DNA of 64,000 bases from Candidatus Latescibacterota bacterium (GTDB taxonomy: Bacteria > Latescibacterota > UBA2968 > UBA8231). The DNA lies in NCBI GenBank assembly GCA_965219385.1, contig CBDCNM010000002.1, forward strand, positions 468,639-532,638, in the 5' to 3' direction. How positions within the stretch are numbered: the first letter of the stretch is position 1; the number at the start of each line of letters is the position of its first letter. The notes below the pieces were generated by a model. It made no database searches. It was not told the DNA's origin and saw only the letters and a list, made by a program, of their open reading frames with translations. Shown here one piece after another: positions 19,373 through 28,418 of the stretch. The translations under genes and the position numbers were made by a program.

Positions 19373-22300
19373 CACTTGAGCAACAAGATCCGGCGGGTCT
19401 GTTGGTGGGAGCCGGCCTGCAAACGATACAGGTACACCCCGCTGCCCACGGCTCTTCCTTCCTTGTCCCGTCCATCCCACTCGATCCGGTAAGAGCCGGC
19501 CCTTTGCTCCTGATGCACCAGCCGTCGCACCGGCTGACCGGCCACATTGTAGATGGTCAGCTGCACCCAGGCCCTTTGCGGCAACTGGTAGGGGAGGATG
19601 GTGCGGGCATTGAAGGGATTGGGGTAGTTCGGCCCCAGCGCAAAGACCCCCGGCAATCCAACCGCCGCCGCCACCGACGTGGGCAGATCCGCCCGCCGCC
19701 ACCGCAAGAGCTGATCAACCCCTACCTCGACCTGGATGCCCTCCTGTCCGTCCGGCCAGACCACCCGCAAGGTATCCACTTCCCCCCGAAACCCCAGCCC
19801 AAAATACACCCTCGGCGCCACCTGGCTGCCATACCCGTAGCCCGAGTGCACCTGCCGGTGCTGTCGCAAGGACCCGGCCACCACCTCGATCCGGGCGCCT
19901 AACCCGTGCCGGTTGAGCCCCCCCTGCTCCAGGGCCACCTGCAACCAGTGGTGGGGACCCGCCGGGTTGCGGTAGAGCCGGCTGCCCCGCACATCGGCCA
20001 CCAGCCAGTCCACATCCCCATCCCCGTCGATGTCCCCGTAGCTCAGAGCCTGCCCGTCGCTTTGAGGCTGCAACCCCAGCAACGCCCCCACCGGCCAGAA
20101 CGCTCCGGCCTGGTTCTGATACACCTCATCGCCGCCCTGGCCTCCTACCGCGGTGGTGGCCAGGTCCACAGCCCCGTCCCCGTCGTAGTCGAAAAACGCC
20201 GCCCCCATGCTCCTCCGGCCCACCGCCGCGGCCGCCACCGGTGCAAACAGGCCGGGGCCCTCATTGTGGTAGAGCCGGTTGGCCGCCCAGTTGTTGGCCA
20301 CGAACAGATCCGCATCCCCGTCCCCATCCACATCCCCAAACACCGCTCCCAGGTCGCCGTCGAACCGGGCCAACCCCGCCGCCGCGCTCTCGTCCACAAA
20401 GCCCAACTGCCCGGTCTCGGCCCCCTCATTGCGGTAGAGCCGGCTGCCGCCCTGGACATTGGCCACGAACAGGTCCACGTCGCCGTCCCCGTCCACGTCC
20501 CCCAGGGCCAGCCCCCGACCCCAGCGCGTATCGGCCAGGCCCACCGCCGCGGCCGCTTCGCGGAAACGCGGCGTGACCCGGGCGTGGGCCCCCGGAGGGG
20601 GCGCGCCGGCCTCATGGCGGAAAAAGCGGTTCACCTTGGTGGCGTTGACCAGGTACAGATCCAGGTCCCCGTCCCCCTCGGCATCGAAAAACGCGGCGCT
20701 TGAGCCCGAATACTTATCGGCCAGGGGGGCCAGGGGCTGCGGATCGGCCTCCAGCGCGGCGGTCACCTCGACAAAGGTGCCCCCGTCGTTGCGCAACATG
20801 CGATTGGGCGCGGCCTGGACCAGGTACAGATCCAGGTCCCCGTCCCCGTCGTAATCGCCCAGGGCCAGCCCCCGGCCCCGGTCCTGGATGGCCAACCCGG
20901 CCGCTTCGGCCTGGTCGGTAAAGCCGTCGCCCTCGTTGCGCAGTAGCGCGTTGGCCCGCCCCCCCCGGCGCACCAGGTACGCGTCCAGATCCCCGTCCCC
21001 GTCGTAGTCGAACAAGGCCGCCCCCTGGCCATACGACACCGCCGCCTCTGGCAGGGCGGCTTGCTCGAAGGGCGGGCCCACGTCCAGCAGGTGGAACGAC
21101 AGGGCCGGCTGGTAGATCAGGTGCCCCTGACCGGTGGGATCCAGGCCCAGGCGGATCTGGTAGGGGCCCGGCCTCTGAGGAGTCCACGCCGGCAGGGCCA
21201 CCGTCCGCACGGCGTGACCTTTGAGAGGGGGCTCTTCCTGGTCAAACGCGGCCACCACCTCTTGGTCCTGGAGGATCTGGTAGCCCACCTGAAATGCCTC
21301 CGATCCTCCGCCGCCGGCATTGACAACCACGGCCTGGGGGGCAAACGGCCGCAGCGCTCGCAGCGGGCTGAAGTCCGCCGGCTCCAGCAGCAGCCGAACC
21401 CGGCCCTCGGCCCGGTGCAGAAGCGGCAGGGTAGCGGCCAACAGAGTGCGGATTGACGCCCGGGTGATGCGTCCCATGTCAAAGGGCAGGTAAATTGCCC
21501 GGTGGGCCTCCTCCTCCACGTACAGACCGGCTACCTCGCCCGTTTCATCCCGCAACAGGGGCACGGCCTCGAGCCCGGGCCGGAGCACGGCGTGGTTGAC
21601 GGTCAGGGCCACGGCGGTGCCGGTCAGCAACCCCGCGGCCTGGAGGGAGGTGTCATTTCCCCTAAAGTCGATTTCAGTGTGGAAGAGATCGGCCAGAAGG
21701 CCGCTGATCTGTTTGGCAGAACGCGAGGCTATGAGCAGCCGCCCTCCCCTGGCTAAAAAGCGGCGAAAGGCCGCCTGGCTGCCCTGGTCCAGATGCATGC
21801 CCAGCCACAGCACCAGTTTGTCCGCGCCCCGGTGCTGGCCCAGCAGGGCCTCGTACAGGGCCTCGTTCTCTGCGATCAAATCCAAATCCACCAAGTTGGC
21901 TTCCAGGCCCATCTCCTGGAGCACGGGGTCGAGGCTTTCCTGGAGAGCCCCTTTCTGTTGCTCGTTGTACTGGTCGCCCACCAGCACCAGCACCCCCCGC
22001 TCGGACAACACCCGCACCACCCACACACTGGCGCCGTTGAGCAGACTCTGGTGGTCCGCGGTGCGCAGCTGCACGAAAAGCTGGTAGTGACGCGGATCGG
22101 GCGGCTCGAAGGTGGCTGCGAAAACCTGCTCGCCGGCCTGCTCTTCTACCCGCTGCATGGGCACCTGCATCACCGGCTTCATCTCGGGTGTGGTGTAGAC
22201 CTGCAGGTCCGCCGCCGCGACCGGGCCCTTAACCCGGGCCCGCACCCGGGCCGTCCGCTCCGCCATCAGCCATAATCCTTCGTCGGCCACGACCACGTTC

Positions 22301-25300
22301 TCGGACGGTTCGAGGACGGCCTTTTCTACGCCTTCCTGGCGCAGGAACGCCAGGCTGGTCTTGAGCAGCGAGCCTAGCGTGGTTTGGTGAGTAAGGTCGA
22401 AAGGCAGGTACATGGCCCGGTACCCGGCCACATCCACCGCCACCCCGGCCACCTCACCTGTGCTGTTGAACAGGATGGGCACAGCCGGGTGCATGGGCTC
22501 TAGCCAGTAATGGAGAGCGCTAAACCCTGGGAAGGATGCGCCCAGCAGCGGGATGTGGAGCAGATCGGACCGAGGGCCCCTAGATACCTTGACGTGGAAC
22601 ACCTCCTGGAAAAGTTCTCTACCATAAAAGGAGTGGAAGTTGGAGGAAGCGAGAAAGAGCCGGCCGCCCCGCTTCAGGAAGTCGCGCAAGGCCGCATCCA
22701 CCGGCCAATCCATCCTATTTCTCCCTTTCTTCAACCAGAAGACCACACTTCCCTCGTCCGCGGCTTGCCTCAAGATGGTTTCGTACGCCCGACCCTCCTG
22801 GGACGCCACATCAAGGAAATAGGCCGTTGTCCCCTGCTCTTGGGTCATGTCTGCAAAGAGGGTGCGCAGGCGGCTCTTCTCCCCAGAGGAATAGCCCTCG
22901 TCCAGGAAGACCAGAACCGGCGCGGACTGATCGGCCAGAATGGCGCTCGCCAGCAGCACAGTCGAACTGAATACCTCTTCGCCCGCGCTGCTGCGCACCC
23001 GCGGCACCAGCCGGTAGAATCCGGCTCCGGGCGGCTGGAACGTCCCCGCAAAGACTAGCTCGGGCCCCCCCTCCTCAAGCCGCAGGGGAATTTCGCTCTG
23101 GGGCGCCGGCGCTCCCAGCGCATAAACCACTAGATCCAGCCTCTCCACCTCGTCCTGGGCCACAACTCGGATGGGGTTGGGCCGGTCCGGGTAGAGGGCC
23201 ACGGCCTGGTCGACCACGGCGCGGCCGGGCACCTCGAAGCGGAGCTGGGGCGCTGGGTAGCGGCCCTCCACCCGGAACGAGAACGTGTCCTGCGCCAGGA
23301 CGTCTCCGATCCGACCCCTTTCTTCTGCGCCCACCGTCAGGATAAAATAGACCTCTTCGCCCGGTCGGGCCTCCGGACTCAAGGTCAGGGGGGGCACCTG
23401 CAGGGCGTGTCTGCCGCCGGCGTAAAGCGCAAAGCCTTCGCGGTGCCGCCACCAGCGGGACCCGGTGCTCCGCCAGGCTGGGTAGACCCTGGCAGGGGGG
23501 AGGCAGCTCAGTTCGACCAACAGCTTGCGGTACATCTCCAGGGACCCGTTGCCCACCTCGACCTCCAGCTGGAAGGTCTCGCCCGGCGCCAGCCGGCCGT
23601 CGCCGTTGCCGGCCGTGGTCAGACCGGCCTGATCTACCAGGTGGAACTTCGTCTGCAGACCCCGTCGCCCCGCCCCGGAGAGAGCATCCGGAAAGACAAA
23701 GCCGTGCTCGACCTGGCGCAGTTCATAGCGGCCGTCAGGGAACAGGATGGATTTCTCCACGGCCGGGTCGAGCACGATGCCGTACCAGCGCTCCGCCGGC
23801 TTCAGGGCCTCGAATATGACTTTGTCGCCGCCGGCCGCCGCGCTCCTGCGTCGGCCGGCGATGGAGAAGTTGCCCTGGAGGTGCAGTTCAATCAGGCTCG
23901 GGTCCCGCCCCTCGCCCCGCCGGTCCCTGCCGGCAAAGCGCACCCGGGCCGGAGGGTAGACCACCAAAGCGCCCTCTGGCGCCACCCGTAGATCTCCGTC
24001 CACCAGCACCGTCCCCGACCAGTGCACTGCCTCGGTGATGGTCCCCGACCAGCGCGGATAGACCACCTCGACCTGCATCTTTTCGCCCTGCCGCTGCATG
24101 GCCAGCGCCAACCCGGTCGAGGCTGCGGACAACAGACCCTGTGGATCAGTGGAAGGGTTGGTATCCATTGCCAGCCGGGTGAAGCGCACCCCGTCGAACA
24201 CATCCGTGGCATCCCCCAAGTTGCCCTGGTGGGTCTGGCGATACGAGGTATCGTGGGCCCAAAAGTCCAGGTTGTCCCGCCCGTGCCGGCCGTCGGCCGC
24301 CTGGCCAGTCGGATAGCCGGCGTCCTGGTAGAGCCCATCAGCGCACACCAGGTCCACCTGCTTGGCCTGCTCGTCGTCGTTAAAGTAGCTCGGCTGGATG
24401 TGCCACACCAAAAGGCCCTCGGCCGGCAGGTGGCGGTTGTAATAGGTCGAGCCCCGCACCCGCTGCTCCAGCAGCAGATACTCCTGGAAGCGCCAAGACC
24501 AGCTGGTCGTGGTGACCTGCAGCGGGATCTTGACCACGGAACCACCGGCGTGCACATCCGTCACTTCCAGGCTGGCCACATCCCCCTCCACTTCCACCAG
24601 CCGGCCGGCAGCCCCCCCGAGCCAGCCCAGTTGCTCCAGGCTCCAGGCACTGAAGGGATTGGGACCGTCGTTCCCGTTCCACCCATGGGCCCCCCAGCCC
24701 ATCAGCCCCCATTGGCCTATCCCGGCGCTGTCCTCGGCCGGCGTGTCATACGCCTGGTCGTACAGATCCGGCAAGCCCAGGGCGTGGCCGAACTCGTGCG
24801 CCATGACACCCACGGTCTGCGCAAAGCTGCCCTCCCGCGAGATGGCCCCGCCTTCCGTGCCACCGTTTACCTGGATGGCCGCGCCGGTGCGGCCCAGGCG
24901 CTGGGACGTATACAGCACCGGTGGCCCCAACCGGGCAATGCCGGTGGCCCTGCCGCGCAGAAACCCCGGGGGGGTGGAGCGCACCTTGACATACAGATAG
25001 TCCACCCAGCCGTCGTCGTCGCCCGAGTCGGGCACCCCGTCCGGCCCGTCGTTGTCGAACCGCCGCAGGTCCACCTCCTCGTCTACCTGCGCCAGGATCT
25101 CCTGCACAAACCTATCGAAGCGGCCCGGCTTATCCGCACTCTCGGCCAGGTAGGCCGCGGCCGGCTGGCGCGCGCGGTAGCGCCGGGGGGCCACCTCGCC
25201 CTCGACCTGGAAGCGGCCCAGGGACATGGTCTGGTAGAAGTGGGCCATGCTGCCGGGCCGGGCCGGATCGAACAGATCCGGGGTGTAGGCCGGGATGGTC

Positions 25301-25542
25301 TCGTCGCCGGGGGCCTCGTCCCGGAACTGGGCAAAGACCACCAGGATCTTGACGCGGTCCTGGGAAACGATAGGCGTTTTCACCGGGACGGCCACCTTGG
25401 CCGCCGGCCCGGAACCGGCAGGCTGCACCCGGTGAGTGCCACAGACAAAACCCTGGTCCTCGGGAAGAGTATCGGCTCCCAGGTCCGGGGGCCCGACCAG
25501 GCCGTAGAACAGGGCAAGCGGGAGGAGCATCAAGCAGGGCAT
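19372..25542 (-). CDS. M6 (immune inhibitor A)-type metalloprotease fused to FG-GAP repeats, ASPIC/UnbV and FlgD-type CTD
   Basis: Signal peptide, FVCGT cysteine-switch-like motif, FDNDGPDG.PDSGDDDG and HEFGHALGLPDLYD...GLMG.G zinc motif. The C-terminal ~1190 aa are paralogous to 5583-9209. Confidence 0.88.
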   Translation of the reverse strand: MPCLMLLPLALFYGLVGPPDLGADTLPEDQGFVCGTHRVQPAGSGPAAKVAVPVKTPIVSQDRVKILVVFAQFRDEAPGDETIPAYTPDLFDPARPGSMAHFYQTMSLGRFQVEGEVAPRRYRARQPAAAYLAESADKPGRFDRFVQEILAQVDEEVDLRRFDNDGPDGVPDSGDDDGWVDYLYVKVRSTPPGFLRGRATGIARLGPPVLYTSQRLGRTGAAIQVNGGTEGGAISREGSFAQTVGVMAHEFGHALGLPDLYDQAYDTPAEDSAGIGQWGLMGWGAHGWNGNDGPNPFSAWSLEQLGWLGGAAGRLVEVEGDVASLEVTDVHAGGSVVKIPLQVTTTSWSWRFQEYLLLEQRVRGSTYYNRHLPAEGLLVWHIQPSYFNDDEQAKQVDLVCADGLYQDAGYPTGQAADGRHGRDNLDFWAHDTSYRQTHQGNLGDATDVFDGVRFTRLAMDTNPSTDPQGLLSAASTGLALAMQRQGEKMQVEVVYPRWSGTITEAVHWSGTVLVDGDLRVAPEGALVVYPPARVRFAGRDRRGEGRDPSLIELHLQGNFSIAGRRRSAAAGGDKVIFEALKPAERWYGIVLDPAVEKSILFPDGRYELRQVEHGFVFPDALSGAGRRGLQTKFHLVDQAGLTTAGNGDGRLAPGETFQLEVEVGNGSLEMYRKLLVELSCLPPARVYPAWRSTGSRWWRHREGFALYAGGRHALQVPPLTLSPEARPGEEVYFILTVGAEERGRIGDVLAQDTFSFRVEGRYPAPQLRFEVPGRAVVDQAVALYPDRPNPIRVVAQDEVERLDLVVYALGAPAPQSEIPLRLEEGGPELVFAGTFQPPGAGFYRLVPRVRSSAGEEVFSSTVLLASAILADQSAPVLVFLDEGYSSGEKSRLRTLFADMTQEQGTTAYFLDVASQEGRAYETILRQAADEGSVVFWLKKGRNRMDWPVDAALRDFLKRGGRLFLASSNFHSFYGRELFQEVFHVKVSRGPRSDLLHIPLLGASFPGFSALHYWLEPMHPAVPILFNSTGEVAGVAVDVAGYRAMYLPFDLTHQTTLGSLLKTSLAFLRQEGVEKAVLEPSENVVVADEGLWLMAERTARVRARVKGPVAAADLQVYTTPEMKPVMQVPMQRVEEQAGEQVFAATFEPPDPRHYQLFVQLRTADHQSLLNGASVWVVRVLSERGVLVLVGDQYNEQQKGALQESLDPVLQEMGLEANLVDLDLIAENEALYEALLGQHRGADKLVLWLGMHLDQGSQAAFRRFLARGGRLLIASRSAKQISGLLADLFHTEIDFRGNDTSLQAAGLLTGTAVALTVNHAVLRPGLEAVPLLRDETGEVAGLYVEEEAHRAIYLPFDMGRITRASIRTLLAATLPLLHRAEGRVRLLLEPADFSPLRALRPFAPQAVVVNAGGGGSEAFQVGYQILQDQEVVAAFDQEEPPLKGHAVRTVALPAWTPQRPGPYQIRLGLDPTGQGHLIYQPALSFHLLDVGPPFEQAALPEAAVSYGQGAALFDYDGDGDLDAYLVRRGGRANALLRNEGDGFTDQAEAAGLAIQDRGRGLALGDYDGDGDLDLYLVQAAPNRMLRNDGGTFVEVTAALEADPQPLAPLADKYSGSSAAFFDAEGDGDLDLYLVNATKVNRFFRHEAGAPPPGAHARVTPRFREAAAAVGLADTRWGRGLALGDVDGDGDVDLFVANVQGGSRLYRNEGAETGQLGFVDESAAAGLARFDGDLGAVFGDVDGDGDADLFVANNWAANRLYHNEGPGLFAPVAAAAVGRRSMGAAFFDYDGDGAVDLATTAVGGQGGDEVYQNQAGAFWPVGALLGLQPQSDGQALSYGDIDGDGDVDWLVADVRGSRLYRNPAGPHHWLQVALEQGGLNRHGLGARIEVVAGSLRQHRQVHSGYGYGSQVAPRVYFGLGFRGEVDTLRVVWPDGQEGIQVEVGVDQLLRWRRADLPTSVAAAVGLPGVFALGPNYPNPFNARTILPYQLPQRAWVQLTIYNVAGQPVRRLVHQEQRAGSYRIEWDGRDKEGRAVGSGVYLYRLQAGSHQQTRRILLLK
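19390..22957. repeat. Dispersed duplication, copy 2 (paralogous to ~5601-9150)
   Basis: See copy 1. Homology ends at FS.TVLLASAILAD. Confidence 0.9.
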
Positions 25543-25626
25543 AGAGGAAAGCTCAGGTTGGGGATGGAGTCTTCCACTTCTACCTTGAATTTAGTTTTTT
25601 TCCGGCCGCTCCCCAAATCGTTTTTG

Positions 25627-25818
25627 TCACGCCGGTTGACGCTGTTGCCCGGCCCCCTGCCGACGCCTGTGGTTCCTGGCGTAGGGGGTCTCGATCCCGT
25701 GCCGCCGGCAGGCCCTGCTGAAACTGGCCGGGGCTATGCCCAGGGCCTGGCTCGCCTCTTTGTTGCTCTTGTAAATCCGCGCCACGCGTTCCAGCTGTTC
25801 TCGAGCTATTTCCTGCAT
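25627..25818 (-). CDS. Small Fis-type helix-turn-helix protein (63 aa)
   Basis: NKEASQALGIAPASFSRACRRHGI fits an HTH pattern. RBS GAAAGGT lies upstream. Confidence 0.65.
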   Translation of the reverse strand: MQEIAREQLERVARIYKSNKEASQALGIAPASFSRACRRHGIETPYARNHRRRQGAGQQRQPA

Positions 25819-25905
25819 TTTTTACCTTTCTGTTCAAGTGGCAATCGGCGCACCATTCCTTACTTTTTATTCCCCATTCGGGATGCATCTACCGAGTCAG
25901 ACCAC

Positions 25906-25942
25906 AAAAAAAGCTGCAGGCCTCCGGGGAGCGCCTGCAGCC
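25906..25942 (-). terminator. Intrinsic terminator (second of a tandem pair)
   Basis: Minus strand reads GGCTGCAGGC-gctccccggag-GCCTGCAGC followed by T7. Confidence 0.65.
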
Positions 25943-25975
25943 AAAAAAAACCGTAGGGAAAATTCCCTACGGTTT
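25943..25975 (-). terminator. Intrinsic terminator (first of a tandem pair)
   Basis: Minus strand reads AAACCGTAGGGAATTTTCCCTACGG followed by T8, a perfect hairpin. Confidence 0.7.
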
Positions 25976-25997
25976 AAAAGAAAGTATTTTCGCTTTC

Positions 25998-26183
25998 TCA
26001 ACCTCCGGGATCCTCCCAGGCTGCAGGCTGTGTCCAGATATCCTGGCCTGCGTCTTCGCGCTTATCCGCGCCGACGAAGTATTTAGACACTGGATCTACC
26101 TGCCGATTCCGACGCCCATCGAGGGAACGCTTTAGATCGGCCAACCCGATGCCGGGCATGGAATCAGGCATCACCTTAGACAC
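25998..26183 (-). other. Small ORF (61 aa, GTG start) or structured sRNA
   Basis: AAAGG lies 8 nt before GTG 26183 (MSKVMPDSMPGIGLADLKRSLDG...). The region also has several short stems and lies between a promoter and tandem terminators. Confidence 0.35.
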
Positions 26184-26326
26184 AGGGGTAGCCTTTCGAA
26201 ACCCAATGGATCCGCCCGTTTTGGTACAACACCTCGGCAGATTCTGGGAAAAACAGAATGGTTGAATGAACATGTTCAGATCTCTGTGATACGAATGCAG
26301 GATGCACGGTGTATCCAGTTTGGGAA

Positions 26327-26356
26327 AACCTACTTGCACGGGGTAAACAATGTCAA
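26327..26356 (-). promoter_or_regulatory. Putative sigma70 promoter
   Basis: Minus strand TTGACA-18 nt-TAGGTT. Confidence 0.45.
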
Positions 26357-26423
26357 GGAAAAAATCGCCTTCTGCCGAAGCGGGCGGATCCTCAGCCCAC
26401 CGCGTCGCTTTCCACCGCCCCTT

Positions 26424-28247
26424 CTAAGCGAAAGTCGGCATCTCGTAGGAAGGCTGGTGGGCAAAGCGCCTCAACCCCAGGTGCAGCCGCGCCGGCGCCG
26501 CCGGTCCCAGGTCCACCTGGAGGTGCTTGCCGTTCACCTTGACGCGCTGGTCTTTGCCCTCCTGGTTTTCGAGCCGGACCTCGGTGAATTCGTGCTCGCC
26601 GAAAGAACCCGCCTGCAGCAACACCGCACGGCCCTCCACCGGATCGGTGTTCACCAAGGTCAAACTGGCCCCGTCGGCGCCGACCTGATCGACCAGCGCG
26701 GCCACGTGTTCGGGTAGCCCCGCCCGCCGGCGCTGCGGATCGAAGTAGCGCAGGTGGGCCTGGAGCAGGCCGCCGTTGTAGACCGCCGCCGGCGTGCCCA
26801 TGGCCATCTGCACCAGGGCCTCGGGCACGACCGGGTTGAGGCTCTGGAAGTGGTAGCACTCCCGCGTCTCGGGGTCGGTGTCGTCGCTTTCCAGCCGCTC
26901 CAGAGCGCGGCACATACTGGAGAAGGTCGAGTCGAAGACCTGGTCCAAATAGCCCGGATTCACGCCTTCGATAAAGGCGAACCAGGCCCTGGGCGGGCAG
27001 ATGCCGGCCTTGCTGGCGCCCCAGTCCGGCGGCAGGCCCCCAAAGCCCTCGCGGGTCGGAAACACCTCGTCCAGGCGGGCCAGATCCTCCTCGCTCTGGC
27101 TCAGGTAGTAGAGGTGGATGTAGAAGTAGGGATCGGGCGGGCGGAAGTCGAACCAGCCCTGGTCGCCGTGGCGAGTCGGCACCACCAGCACCCCGTCCTC
27201 CTCTTGGCGCTGTTCCCAGAGCAGATCCAGCTGCGAGCGGCACAGGTCCAGGTGCGACATATCCCCGCTCATCAGCGCGGCGCAGCTGCCGGCGACAAAG
27301 GCCGGCTCGACCACGTTGCGCGCCCCGTGCGGCCAGCGCCAGCCGTAGTACCCGCCCCACCACTTGCCGTTCATCAACTCGCCGATCTGGCCGCTGGGAC
27401 CGATATTGTCGGGCATGATGCCGCCGTTTTTGTCGCGCCGCTCCACCCAGGCCTGCAAGTAGTCCAGCACCCATTGTTTGTACTTGTCTTCGCCGGTGTA
27501 GAGGTAGGCGTTGGTGATCATGCTGGTGGCGCTCAGGTTGAGGGGCGCGTCGCCGCGGGTCATGCGCTCGTTGATCTGCGCCAGCACCTTGTGGAACACC
27601 TCGTCGTCGGTCCAGTCGACCTTGAAGAGCGGATCGGAACTGTCGGCCCCCTCCAGGTCCTCGTAGGGCGCCAGGTAGCCGGAGAGGATGGGGCGGTGGT
27701 AGTCCCAGTCCACCTGGTAGGTGACGAAGCGCGGCCCTTGGCTGCCGTTGAGCGGCGAGCGGATCATGCGGTGCTTGGCGTCCCAGTTGGGCGCCAGCGG
27801 ATCCTCGCCGGTGTACATGGCGGCGTAGCGCAGGGCCCGGGTGCGGTCGACGTAGTGGTGCGGGTCGGCCATGGCCAGGTAGTAGATGTAGGTGTAGCTC
27901 TCGCTGTGGTGGAACCAGTCGAAACCGGTGACGAACTCCCGTTCCACGGTGCCGTAGTTTTCGTACTGCCAGGTGATGGCGTCCCACTCCTTGCGCGCCA
28001 GCTCGTGGATGTGCTCGCCGCCGCCCAGAATGTAGAACAGCGGGAAGGACAGGAAGGCCTCGTAGCCGTTGTCGGTGCCGTCCATGCTGGTCCACGCGGT
28101 GCGCTGAATCAGGGTGCCGTCCGGCCGGGTGCTGTGGTGCACAAAGGGCCAGGCCGCGCGGTCCATCAGGGCGATCAACTCCCGCTGGCGCACGGCCCAG
28201 TAGGGGGGATTGGTGCGGTTCCTAACTTCCAGGGTGGTCGTGGCCAT
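26424..28247 (-). CDS. Conserved hypothetical protein (607 aa), paralog of 17354-19240
   Basis: Start MATTTLEV at 28247 with an AAGGAGG RBS, and shared motifs with 17354-19240. The ORF-track extension to 29747 is antisense to a real gene. Confidence 0.8.
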   Translation of the reverse strand: MATTTLEVRNRTNPPYWAVRQRELIALMDRAAWPFVHHSTRPDGTLIQRTAWTSMDGTDNGYEAFLSFPLFYILGGGEHIHELARKEWDAITWQYENYGTVEREFVTGFDWFHHSESYTYIYYLAMADPHHYVDRTRALRYAAMYTGEDPLAPNWDAKHRMIRSPLNGSQGPRFVTYQVDWDYHRPILSGYLAPYEDLEGADSSDPLFKVDWTDDEVFHKVLAQINERMTRGDAPLNLSATSMITNAYLYTGEDKYKQWVLDYLQAWVERRDKNGGIMPDNIGPSGQIGELMNGKWWGGYYGWRWPHGARNVVEPAFVAGSCAALMSGDMSHLDLCRSQLDLLWEQRQEEDGVLVVPTRHGDQGWFDFRPPDPYFYIHLYYLSQSEEDLARLDEVFPTREGFGGLPPDWGASKAGICPPRAWFAFIEGVNPGYLDQVFDSTFSSMCRALERLESDDTDPETRECYHFQSLNPVVPEALVQMAMGTPAAVYNGGLLQAHLRYFDPQRRRAGLPEHVAALVDQVGADGASLTLVNTDPVEGRAVLLQAGSFGEHEFTEVRLENQEGKDQRVKVNGKHLQVDLGPAAPARLHLGLRRFAHQPSYEMPTFA

Positions 28248-28346
28248 TGCAATCCTCCTTGCAACAGGGATAAGCGAGCATGGGGTGATAATATACGTTA
28301 TTCGATCCGGCGCGAAAAATCCTCGAGGCATCTTTGTTTTTTCCGC

Positions 28347-28375
28347 TTGACACGGCTTTCCGGGCGCTGTACCCT
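28347..28375 (+). promoter_or_regulatory. Putative sigma70 promoter
   Basis: TTGACA-17 nt-TACCCT. Confidence 0.45.
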
Positions 28376-28418
28376 GTTCCCGCGAACTACCCAGCTCAGT
28401 CTCCTCTGGAGCGCGAAT

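Noticed and set aside
25945..26320. tmRNA, RNase P RNA or c-di-GMP riboswitch
   Set aside because: No tRNA-like ends, no GAGGAAAGUCC motif and no complete GEMM consensus were found.
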